Source of the DNA: a bacterium
Lineage (GTDB): Bacteria; Patescibacteriota; Minisyncoccia; Phycocordibacterales; CAIZLB01
DNA: 64,000 bases
NCBI GenBank assembly: GCA_031411135.1
Contig: JANOAN010000006.1
Span: 272-64,271 of the forward strand
Direction of reading: 5' to 3'
The translations under genes and the position numbers were made by a program. Below, in pieces: positions 1 through 8,816 of this stretch; position 1 is the stretch's first letter; each line of letters begins with the position of its first letter. Under the pieces are notes generated by a model that was not told where the DNA came from, did not search any database, and was given only the letters and a program-made list of their open reading frames with translations.

Positions 1-634
<634 letters not shown>

Positions 635-640
<6 letters not shown>

Positions 641-815
641 AATTGAAGCACGTGATAATTGCCTTCTTCGGAAGCTTTATTACTTAATCGATCGATCATT
701 CACAGCAATGTGAATAGGAGTTCTACACTCTTGAAGGTAGAGGACTGAATCACCTAATGATTCTGACAGTTGGCAAAGCCCAGCCCCAACTAGGACAAAA
801 TAGTTGGTCGAATAG
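635..815 (+). ncRNA. Putative structured RNA or 3' extension downstream of 16S helix 45
   Basis: Consecutive hairpins: GTGATAA..CTTC-TTCG-GAAG..TTATTAC (652-683), ATTCACA-GCAA-TGTGAAT (698-715), TCTAC/GTAGA (722-741), GAATCA/TGATTC (747-763), CCAACTA/TAGTTGG (786-807). Confidence 0.5.
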
Positions 816-862
816 AATCTTTACTTTGTTATATACGTATTAAGTTTTTAGGGCGAATAAAG

Positions 863-929
863 AACACACTATTTGTGGCTCGAAGGTTTTCTGCTGAACT
901 CCTTCTAGGCACAAATAGTGTGTTTTTTT
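863..929 (+). terminator. Long hairpin with U tract closing the 16S transcript
   Basis: AACACACTATTTGTG (863-877) is a perfect 15-bp inverted repeat of CACAAATAGTGTGTT (910-924), followed by a T run. Confidence 0.75.
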
Positions 930-1046
930 GTTGGAGGAAGAGGAAGGGGTCTCCGAGTCGCCCATTGTTAATTAATAGGATTTCTTCCTAAATATTTTAA
1001 GTTTTCTTTATTTTTTGTTCATGTTGTTTTGGTAGGTTGTTTGGTT

Positions 1047-1436
1047 ATGGAAAAAGATTTTGATAAGTGGAATAAGGAGAAGAAAAATGTAGACAAGAGA
1101 AATATTGATGCTAGATTGTTTTATAACCCACGTGAAATATGGTGGTGCTCACTTGGACTTAATGTTGGGGTAGAAACAGATGGTAAGCATGAAAATTTCG
1201 AAAGGCCGATACTTGTACTCAGAAAGTTTAATAAATATATGTTTTGGGGAATACCTATGACAAGTCAAGAAAGTCTGGGAGAGTTTCACCAAGAGATTAA
1301 TTATGAAGGTGGGAAGTCATGGGCTATGCTTTCTCAAATAAAAACAATTAGTACAAAACGATTGCTTCGTAAAATTACTACAATTTCAGAATTTCAGTTC
1401 AACTATCTCCGAGGAAAACTTAGGAGATTGATATAA
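1047..1436 (+). CDS. PemK/MazF-family endoribonuclease toxin (orphan)
   Basis: Pattern KDFDKWN...REIWWCSLGLNVGVETDGK...ERPILVLRKFN...GIPMTS...MLSQIKTISTKRL fits the PemK/MazF fold. ATG 1047 is preferred over TTG 1029. Confidence 0.8.
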   Translation: MEKDFDKWNKEKKNVDKRNIDARLFYNPREIWWCSLGLNVGVETDGKHENFERPILVLRKFNKYMFWGIPMTSQESLGEFHQEINYEGGKSWAMLSQIKTISTKRLLRKITTISEFQFNYLRGKLRRLI

Positions 1437-1488
1437 AAACGAAAGCCACCCTGCAGGGTGGCAATCTCGGAGCCCGAAGGCCGTAATG
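1434..1488 (-). ncRNA. Candidate ~55-nt small RNA convergent to the toxin gene
   Basis: The minus strand has a cUUCGg hairpin, then an 18-bp palindrome GCCACCCTGCAGGGTGGC (1445-1462) followed by TTTCGTTTTT. It lies just downstream of a consensus promoter. Confidence 0.55.
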
Positions 1489-1493
1489 AGGAT

Positions 1494-1521
1494 ATTATAT
1501 TCCTGTGAGAATTGGTGTCAA
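1494..1521 (-). promoter_or_regulatory. Consensus sigma70 promoter on the minus strand
   Basis: The reverse complement reads TTGACA (1521-1516), 16 nt, TATAAT (1499-1494). Confidence 0.75.
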
Positions 1522-1589
1522 GTTTTAACCTCCTACCCTTGATTTTTGGCCTTTTTTTGGTACTCTATATAGGCGAAATTTGATTGCGT

Positions 1590-1662
1590 GCGCGTGTAGC
1601 TCAGTTGGTAGAGCAAACGACTGATACTCGTTAGGTCCCAAGTTCGAATCTTGGCACGCGCA
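1590..1662 (+). tRNA. tRNA-Ile(GAT), CCA not encoded
   Basis: Acceptor stem GCGCGTG/CACGCGC, D arm TAGCTCAGTTGGTAGAGC, anticodon arm AACGA-CTGATAC-TCGTT, T loop GTTCGAATC. Confidence 0.96.
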
Positions 1663-1740
1663 CGCAGTTCGATTTTTATTGCATGGTCATCCATGTGATA
1701 TTTCGATTCTCGCACAATTAATAAAAAAACCACAACACAT

Positions 1741-3165
1741 ATGTCAATGCACCTAGGAAAGAAAACAAAAATCGTAGCAACTATCGGTCCTGCAACTGAA
1801 TCTCAGGAACAGCTAGAAAAAATGCTAAAGGCTGGAATGAATGTAATGCGAATGAACTTTTCTCATGGAGATTTTGCGGAACATCAGCACAAGTTGGACA
1901 ACCTAAAGAAAGCAATGAAGAAAACTGGAATTCCAGCTGCTATTTTGCAAGACTTATCAGGTCCAAAGTTTCGAATCGGTGCTTTCTACCAAGAGCGAGT
2001 TAACTTGAAAGCAGGGGACTTTATTACACTTACTCCAGACAATATTGTTGGTGATGAAAAGCGAGTTTCGATCAACTACCCAACTCTTCATAAAGAATTG
2101 AAGGTAGGAAATATAATCATGGTTGACGATGGTAAAAAGAAATTTGAAGTGGTTGAAATCAAAGGCACAGACATTAAATGTAAAATCCTAATCGGTGGAG
2201 AAACAAAAGGAAAGAGAGGTGTGAACTTGCCAGGTGCATATTTGAAAGTTAGCTCTCTAACTGAAAAGGATAAAAAGGATGTTGTTTTTGGTATCAAGAA
2301 CAAAGTAGATATTGTTGCATTCTCGTTCGTAAGAACACCAGACGATGTTAAGGAACTTCGAGATATTTTGAATAAAGCAAAATCAAAAGCCCTTATCTGC
2401 TCTAAGATTGAAACTCAGGAAGCTGTTGAACATATCGATGAAATCGTAGAATTGTCTGACATGATCATGGTTGCTCGAGGAGACTTGGCAGTTGAAATCG
2501 GTTATGAAAATGTTCCAATCGTACAGAAAATGATGATTGAAAAGTGTAAGGCCGCTGGAAAGCCAGTTATTCTTGCCACTCAGGTTTTGGAATCTATGAT
2601 TTCAAGCCCAGTGCCAACAAGAGCTGAAGTTTCAGATATTGCAAACGGTATGCTTGACGGAGCTGACGCAATCATGTTGTCAGAAGAAACTACTTTAGGA
2701 AAGTTCCCATTTGCTGCTGTTGAGATGATTACACGAGTTGCTCTTAAGGTTGAAAATGATCCATATCACAAATTTATGGTGACAGGAGATCGAGGAGACC
2801 ACGACAATGTGAGTGAGGCGATTGCATCTGCGGCTGCAAAAACTGCTGACAGAATTGAAGCGACAGCGATTGTTGCAATGACAGATTTCGGTCACGCTGC
2901 ACGATTCGTTTCAAGACATCATCCAGCTCATCCAATTATCGTTATGACTCCAAATGAGACGACTTATAACCAAGTTTGTGCATTGTATGCATGTTATCCA
3001 GTTATGGTTCCCCGAGTTAAAACTTTTGAAGCTGCTCTGAAAATGGTGAAGCCACTTCTACAAAAGATGAAGTTGGTAAAGAAGGGTGATGAGATTGTAG
3101 TTCTATCAGGAGTGCCATTTGGACAGAAACATCAGACCAATTTGATGTCTGTTGAGATAATTTAA
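1741..3165 (+). CDS. pyk: Pyruvate kinase
   Basis: Motifs KTKIVATIGPA, RMNFSHG, MVARGDL, ATQVLESM and PTRAEVSD. Confidence 0.98.
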   Translation: MSMHLGKKTKIVATIGPATESQEQLEKMLKAGMNVMRMNFSHGDFAEHQHKLDNLKKAMKKTGIPAAILQDLSGPKFRIGAFYQERVNLKAGDFITLTPDNIVGDEKRVSINYPTLHKELKVGNIIMVDDGKKKFEVVEIKGTDIKCKILIGGETKGKRGVNLPGAYLKVSSLTEKDKKDVVFGIKNKVDIVAFSFVRTPDDVKELRDILNKAKSKALICSKIETQEAVEHIDEIVELSDMIMVARGDLAVEIGYENVPIVQKMMIEKCKAAGKPVILATQVLESMISSPVPTRAEVSDIANGMLDGADAIMLSEETTLGKFPFAAVEMITRVALKVENDPYHKFMVTGDRGDHDNVSEAIASAAAKTADRIEATAIVAMTDFGHAARFVSRHHPAHPIIVMTPNETTYNQVCALYACYPVMVPRVKTFEAALKMVKPLLQKMKLVKKGDEIVVLSGVPFGQKHQTNLMSVEII

Positions 3166-3189
3166 GAAAAATTTTTCCTTGATAGGAAT

Positions 3190-3219
3190 AAAAACCACCT
3201 TTGCAATGAGGTGGTTTTT
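3190..3219 (+). terminator. Intrinsic terminator after pyk
   Basis: AAAAACCACCT / AGGTGGTTTTT inverted repeat. Confidence 0.8.
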
Positions 3220-3336
3220 GTTGTAAAGTCCAATTGAAAAACAGGCTTTCAGCTATAAAAAAGCCTAACTCAAACCCGCCAAAGACACTCGTCCTCGGCT
3301 GAGGGATGAGAAAGTACTTTGGCATAGAATCAAAAC

Positions 3337-4413
3337 ATGAAAAAAACCGATTTAGCAGGAATTCCTATGGAGGAAATAATGCGAAGGTATTCGGATTCAA
3401 CTGGAGCATTGGCACATCTCAAAACTGTGGCAAAGCCCGGAAGTCCGGATAATCCGGCACGGCGCCGTCACATATACAAAGTGGATTTTCAAGCCCTCGA
3501 TGATCCTTGGGTCCGGGATAGTTCGGTCACTCTTTCCTCGAAAGGTCAGAGAAGAATGGCACAAAAAAATCAGGTGGCATCTTCACCAAACATTCCACAC
3601 ATGAGAAATCGTGCGACTCACGGTGGAGAAGTGGTGGGACACTCGATCAGGATTGCAGACCACCTCGGTCTTAATCCTTGGCTTGCACAGTCAATTGCAC
3701 TTGTGCATGATCTTGGGCATGTGCCGTTTGGGCATCAAGGTGAACACTACCTTGCAGAGAAAATGGGGAAACAGTTCACCCATGAGGTGATGGGTGTGGT
3801 CGTCTGCCAACATGTAGAGCGCGGAGGGACGGGGCTTAACCACACTTATGCAACCCTCGATGGTGGCTGGAGGCATTCAGGAAAGAACACTTCGCCGCTC
3901 ATGACTCATGAGGCCTGGATTGTGAGGTATGCGGACAAGTTTGCGTACCTCTTCGCGGACTTCAATGACTTCGAACGTTTGCGGTGGCAGTGTGCGAGGG
4001 AGCTGAGGGATCTTGTGGCCTGGTTTGGTCACAATCAACGTGACCGAACATTCAGGTGTATGGTTTCGCTCTGTGAAGAATCAAAGGCCGCTGGCAAAGT
4101 GGTTTTCGAAACGAGCGATGTTGCGGTGAACTTCGATCGACTAAGGACTCTGATGTATCACGAATATGTCAGGGTGGTCGAACAGGATGTATCGAGATTT
4201 CTCGATCCGATCTGGAACTTCATCGAGGGAATGGAATTGAACCCTGCCCTCGGCGTGGCACTGCTCACAGATGCAGAAGTCTTGGATCTCAGTAAAAATG
4301 GAATGTTGAGCTGGTCTCACTTCAGCAACACCGGCCTCTGTGAGATTGTTCGCAGGTTGGGAGAGGAGAAGTTCAACAAGGTCGACATGATGAGTCTCGA
4401 CCTCGACTGGTAA
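3337..4413 (+). CDS. HD-domain dNTP triphosphohydrolase (dGTPase-like)
   Basis: Motifs RRMAQKNQV, RNRATH, HDLGHVPFGHQGE and YADKFAY match the Dgt family. The gene is visibly GC-richer than its neighbours. Confidence 0.85.
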   Translation: MKKTDLAGIPMEEIMRRYSDSTGALAHLKTVAKPGSPDNPARRRHIYKVDFQALDDPWVRDSSVTLSSKGQRRMAQKNQVASSPNIPHMRNRATHGGEVVGHSIRIADHLGLNPWLAQSIALVHDLGHVPFGHQGEHYLAEKMGKQFTHEVMGVVVCQHVERGGTGLNHTYATLDGGWRHSGKNTSPLMTHEAWIVRYADKFAYLFADFNDFERLRWQCARELRDLVAWFGHNQRDRTFRCMVSLCEESKAAGKVVFETSDVAVNFDRLRTLMYHEYVRVVEQDVSRFLDPIWNFIEGMELNPALGVALLTDAEVLDLSKNGMLSWSHFSNTGLCEIVRRLGEEKFNKVDMMSLDLDW

Positions 4414-4418
4414 AATTG

Positions 4419-4447
4419 TCCCCCTGGCGCGCTTTGTGCCAGGGGGA
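4419..4447 (+). terminator. GC-rich hairpin after the dGTPase-like gene
   Basis: TCCCCCTGGCGC / GTGCCAGGGGGA stem. Confidence 0.65.
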
Positions 4448-4482
4448 TTGCTATTTATATAGATCGTGTAGAATAATCGAAT

Positions 4483-5178
4483 ATGTTAAGAATTCAAACA
4501 ACAGACGATCCAAAAGGGAATGCAGGTGCGTACATAAACAGTCTCCTCGCAACTCATGCTGATAAACCAGTGCTTCTTATGCTTTCAGGTGGTTCGTCAC
4601 GTGAAATCATCGATCTTCTTGATGACGAGCTTTTAACTGATCAAGTAACAATCACAGTGACAGACGAAAGGTACACAGAAGATTTGGAAGAAAATAACTT
4701 TGCCCATATTCAAGGTACACATTTCTACAACGATTCAATTGCGGCAGGAAGCTTCTGCATAGACACTCAGATTTTCTCTGGTGAAAGTCATGAAGAACAC
4801 GCAAAGCGATTTGATAAGAATTTGAAGGAATGGAAGCGAGATTTTCCAAATGGAAAAATTATTGCACTTTTCGGTGTTGGTAAGGATGGGCATATTGCGG
4901 GGATGATTCCTGGGACCGAGAATTTTGATGCAAAGTTTAATAATCCAGATGTTTGGGCAGTGGATTTGAAGGATGTGAAGTTTGAAAGAACAACGACGAC
5001 TTTTCCATTTTTGAAGTTAATTGATTTTCCGCTGGTGTATATTGCTGGGGCTGAAAAAGCGGAAGCTTTGGCAAGAACAGTGGCAAAGGAAGGGGACTTA
5101 CACACAACACCTGCTCGTATTCTAAATGAAATGAAGGAACCGATTGTGTTTACGGATATTTCGGTGGAGGGGGTTTAG
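4483..5178 (+). CDS. 6-phosphogluconolactonase / glucosamine-6-phosphate isomerase family protein
   Basis: Motifs LMLSGGSS, TDERY, GVGKDGHIAG and GAEKAEAL. Confidence 0.85.
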   Translation: MLRIQTTDDPKGNAGAYINSLLATHADKPVLLMLSGGSSREIIDLLDDELLTDQVTITVTDERYTEDLEENNFAHIQGTHFYNDSIAAGSFCIDTQIFSGESHEEHAKRFDKNLKEWKRDFPNGKIIALFGVGKDGHIAGMIPGTENFDAKFNNPDVWAVDLKDVKFERTTTTFPFLKLIDFPLVYIAGAEKAEALARTVAKEGDLHTTPARILNEMKEPIVFTDISVEGV

Positions 5179-5216
5179 TGGTAAATTATTTGATATAATC
5201 TAATTAATCTAAAAAT

Positions 5217-5444
5217 ATGAATTCACCCCTAGATATTCTTAAGAACAGCTTCAGTAGTTTTCTACAGCCAGCAATATTAATTCCAATACTTTGTGTATTC
5301 GCGTTGGGTATGATGCTTTCACCAAAACCAGGTACGGGATCGAAGGGTTTAAAAATGATTTCAATATTTATAGTTCTGGGAATATTACTTGGTTTCTTTG
5401 TAGTTGTTGCATATAGAGGTGGATTTAATTGGATTTTTAAGTAA
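5217..5444 (+). CDS. Small two-TM membrane protein
   Basis: Two hydrophobic segments; TATAAT upstream. Confidence 0.55.
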   Translation: MNSPLDILKNSFSSFLQPAILIPILCVFALGMMLSPKPGTGSKGLKMISIFIVLGILLGFFVVVAYRGGFNWIFK

Positions 5445-5513
5445 GTAGGTTTGAAAATTCTCCCTCCTTTGGAGTATTGCCACCCCAAACACTTAATGGT
5501 ATATACTAACTCC

Positions 5514-6200
5514 ATGCACCAAGGCACCCTCTACGTAGTAGCAACTCCCATCGGAAATCTCGAAGACATAACCCTTCGAGCATTAAGAATACTCAAAGAA
5601 GCAGATGTAATTTTGTGTGAGGATACAAGGACTACTAAGAAGTTACTTTCTCAATACGAAATCAATACCAAAACCGAAAGCTTCCACACCCACACAACCG
5701 ATGCAAAATTAGAGGCCATAATCACCTCACTAGAAAGCGGCACAAAAATGGCCATGGTTACCGACGCAGGAACACCAGGAATCTCTGACCCAGGAGCAAT
5801 GCTAATAAATAGAATAATCACTTTACAAAGGAATGTAAAAATTGAATCTATCCCAGGTCCTAGTGCCCTCACTGCAGCGTTCTCAATTTCAGGTGTTATT
5901 ACCTCAGATTTTACCTTTTTAGGCTTTATTCCTCATAAAAAGGGTAGAGAGACCATGTTCAAGGAAATTAGCAATTCAGAACGAGCTGTTGTTTTTTACG
6001 AGTCCACACATCGCATTGTAAAAACACTTGAAGCACTTACGAAGCATTTAAATCCAGAAAGAAAAATTTCAGTAGCAAGAGAGCTTACAAAAATTTATGA
6101 AGAGGTTAGGTGTGACACTGCAGAAAATCTTTTGAAGTATTTTACAGAAAATCCAGTTAAGAAGAAGGGAGAGTTTGTGGGTATTGTTTGGGGGCGGTGA
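5514..6200 (+). CDS. rsmI: 16S rRNA C1402 2'-O-methyltransferase
   Basis: Motifs GTLYVVATPIGNLEDITLRA, CEDTR, DAGTPGISDPG, ARELTK and KGEF. ATG 5514 follows TATACT. Confidence 0.96.
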   Translation: MHQGTLYVVATPIGNLEDITLRALRILKEADVILCEDTRTTKKLLSQYEINTKTESFHTHTTDAKLEAIITSLESGTKMAMVTDAGTPGISDPGAMLINRIITLQRNVKIESIPGPSALTAAFSISGVITSDFTFLGFIPHKKGRETMFKEISNSERAVVFYESTHRIVKTLEALTKHLNPERKISVARELTKIYEEVRCDTAENLLKYFTENPVKKKGEFVGIVWGR

Positions 6201-6203
6201 CCG

Positions 6204-6314
6204 TTGACAGCAGAGTGTTTTAATGTTATTTTTTGGAAAATAGAGATCTTTGAATCCAACCTTAACTACAGTACAAAGTGAGTTTTTTGAAGCTGATTTT
6301 GTACTGTGGTTAAG
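6204..6314 (+). promoter_or_regulatory. Promoter, boxA-like motif and long leader hairpin
   Basis: TTGACA(6204)-17 nt-TATTTT; GATCTTTGAA at 6245-6254; 18-bp stem 6261-6278/6297-6314. Confidence 0.55.
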
Positions 6315-6365
6315 CTATGTGCTGAAGCCAATACAGTAACGAAAAACAAAAAATAGGATTATAAC

Positions 6366-6827
6366 ATGATAAAAGCAAGCGGAATCATCGACGTTCTCAT
6401 TCAACAAACAGGGCAAATCCCTCACATCGGTCCCGACGGGGTGACCAGGTTTATGAAAGTTCATGCGCCGGCGTGGACCGCACTTCTCAAATCGAATCTC
6501 AGGTGTCGGATTGTGAATCCGAGAGAGTGGTTCAACAAACCCTCCACCGAAAAGCTCACTGCGGGAGAAATCCTGGATGACAGGGTTCTCGCATCCAAAG
6601 GCCTCAGTCGGTGTATCGATTTCGATCCCGTGATCCTCAGAATGCTTATTATCAATCAGGACGAACACCCGAACATTTTTGTCGGAATGAAACCTGTTGA
6701 TGATGAGCTCTTCTGTCTCAGGAAGAATGGCCCTGAACTGACCCTTCAGACCTGTGGGTGTGGCTCCGAAATCGACTTTGGGATCGGTGCACCCGGCCAG
6801 TACACCTGGATCTTCCGAGAGATCTAA
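6366..6827 (+). CDS. Hypothetical protein (153 aa, GC-shifted)
   Basis: ORF framed by its own promoter, leader and terminator; no family recognised. Confidence 0.7.
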   Translation: MIKASGIIDVLIQQTGQIPHIGPDGVTRFMKVHAPAWTALLKSNLRCRIVNPREWFNKPSTEKLTAGEILDDRVLASKGLSRCIDFDPVILRMLIINQDEHPNIFVGMKPVDDELFCLRKNGPELTLQTCGCGSEIDFGIGAPGQYTWIFREI

Positions 6828-6840
6828 TCTACCATCTATA

Positions 6841-6876
6841 ACAACCTCGAGCGCGAATCGCGCTCGAGGTTGTTTC
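6841..6876 (+). terminator. Terminator hairpin
   Basis: ACAACCTCGAGCGCG-AAT-CGCGCTCGAGGTTGT, a perfect 15-bp stem. Confidence 0.8.
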
Positions 6877-6917
6877 ATATCCATATTCCTTTTCTTATTA
6901 TGTTATAATATCTCCAA

Positions 6918-8816
6918 ATGTCCTCTCACGATGAAAATCGCATAACATATTTTGGTGAAACTGATGCCCGTAATCGGCAACTTCGTTTTGGTATTAAAAT
7001 GGAAGATCGTTTAAAACACATTTACGCCATTGGGAAAACGGGTATGGGAAAATCTACTTTACTTGAAAATATGGCTATTCAAGATATTCAAAATGGTGAA
7101 GGAATGGCTTTCATTGATCCGCACGGAAAGTCAGCTGAATTTTTACTTGATTATATTCCAGAACATCGCATTAAAGACGTGGTGTATTTTGCGCCGTTTG
7201 ACATGGAACACCCAGTGGCGTTTAACGTAATGGAGGACGTGGGGGCAGATCGCAGGCACCTTGTCGCAAACGGTTTGATGAGTGCATTCAAAAAGATTTG
7301 GGTTGATGCATGGAGCGCCCGAATGGAATATATTTTGAATAATATCATGTTGGCGTTGTTAGAGTTTCCTGGATCAACACTTCTTGGTGTGAACCGAATG
7401 CTCGCAGATAAAGAATTTCGTAACAAAGTTGTCTCTAATATTACCGATCCCTCAGTAAAATCTTTCTGGGTTGATGAGTATGCAAAATATACTGACAAGT
7501 TTGCCGCTGAAGCCGCCCCAGCCATCCAGAACAAGGTTGGACAATTCGTCGCAAACCCAATTATTCGAAATATTATTGGACAAGCCAAGTCTACTTTTGA
7601 TATTAGAAAGATGATGGACGAAAGGAAAATTTTGATTATTAACCTTTCAAAAGGAAGAGTGGGAGAAGCCAACGCGAACTTGATAGGAAGTATGCTTGTG
7701 ACGAAAATTTATTTAGCTGCGATGTCACGAGCGGACTTGTCGGAAAGCGCAATGAAGGCTGCCGCTCCATTTTATCTTTATGTGGATGAGTTCCAATCAT
7801 TTGCCAACGAATCATTTGCGGATATTTTGTCGGAAGCCAGAAAATATAAATTGAGCCTAACAATCGCTCACCAGTATATTGAACAAATGCCGGATGAGGT
7901 GCGCTCCGCTGTATTTGGTAACGTCGGCACAATGATTACGTTTCGCGTTGGTGCCACAGACGGAGAGGTTCTTGAAAAAGAATTTATCCCAACATTTACA
8001 CAGGAGGACTTGGTAAACCTTGGACGATACCAGATGTATTTAAAACTAATGATTGATGGGGTAAGTTCACGTCCGTTTTCCGCGCGTTCAATGCTTCCAA
8101 TCGCAAAACCTGAAATAAATTACAAAGACCAAATTGTTGCCGCTTCTCGCGAACAGTTCGCCCGACCACGCGCAATAGTAGAAGAAGAAATCAAAGGTTG
8201 GCACCTACAGAGATTTAATGATGGTCCAGTGCTTGTGCAGAACAAGGATGCGCGGCCAAAAGAATATCGTGGTGACCGTCCACAAGGACAAACAAACAAT
8301 CATCATGCTCCGTCTAGAGATAGAGGGAACGATCGGTCACATCCGTCTCAATATAATAAACCAGACAGTAGGCCAGACCGCCCTCCAATGCGAGATTTTA
8401 ACGCTCCACGACCTGCCTTAAGTCAAAACTCGCAACCACCACAAAACCAATTTAATACACCAAGGCAGCCTAACCCTCCTGTTCAAAACGCAGGATCAAA
8501 AATGGTTCTTGCTGACGCAATTAAAAAGGCGACCTTGGAAAGAGAGACAGCTTTAAAAGTTGAAGACAAAAAGAAAGTCGAAAGTGAAAACGATTTGCGA
8601 AAGGCCATTTCCCTAAGTTACTTGGAACATGACACTTTAAAGCCTGAAAAAAATGAAAAATCTGCGAAACCAGAACAGATTAATATGTTACGTGATTTGA
8701 TTGCAACCAAAAAAGAAATACCTCAAGAACAACCGAAATCACAACCAATTGTGTCTGCTCCAAAAAAACCAAATGAAGTTCCTGAAGAAGTTTTAAAAAA
8801 TATTCTGAACAGCTAG
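6918..8816 (+). CDS. VirD4/TraG-like (HerA/FtsK superfamily) ATPase with a disordered C-terminal tail
   Basis: Walker A GKTGMGKST, FIDPHG, Walker B YLYVDEFQ, SEARKY, AHQYIEQ and GNVGT. Confidence 0.85.
   Translation: MSSHDENRITYFGETDARNRQLRFGIKMEDRLKHIYAIGKTGMGKSTLLENMAIQDIQNGEGMAFIDPHGKSAEFLLDYIPEHRIKDVVYFAPFDMEHPVAFNVMEDVGADRRHLVANGLMSAFKKIWVDAWSARMEYILNNIMLALLEFPGSTLLGVNRMLADKEFRNKVVSNITDPSVKSFWVDEYAKYTDKFAAEAAPAIQNKVGQFVANPIIRNIIGQAKSTFDIRKMMDERKILIINLSKGRVGEANANLIGSMLVTKIYLAAMSRADLSESAMKAAAPFYLYVDEFQSFANESFADILSEARKYKLSLTIAHQYIEQMPDEVRSAVFGNVGTMITFRVGATDGEVLEKEFIPTFTQEDLVNLGRYQMYLKLMIDGVSSRPFSARSMLPIAKPEINYKDQIVAASREQFARPRAIVEEEIKGWHLQRFNDGPVLVQNKDARPKEYRGDRPQGQTNNHHAPSRDRGNDRSHPSQYNKPDSRPDRPPMRDFNAPRPALSQNSQPPQNQFNTPRQPNPPVQNAGSKMVLADAIKKATLERETALKVEDKKKVESENDLRKAISLSYLEHDTLKPEKNEKSAKPEQINMLRDLIATKKEIPQEQPKSQPIVSAPKKPNEVPEEVLKNILNS

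Noticed and set aside
1533-1733. 66-aa minus-strand ORF
   Set aside because: It is antisense to tRNA-Ile.
6315-6884. 189-aa minus-strand ORF, longer than the plus-strand gene
   Set aside because: Promoter, leader and terminator all fit the plus-strand ORF. The minus frame would start beyond the terminator hairpin and is best explained as a shadow ORF.
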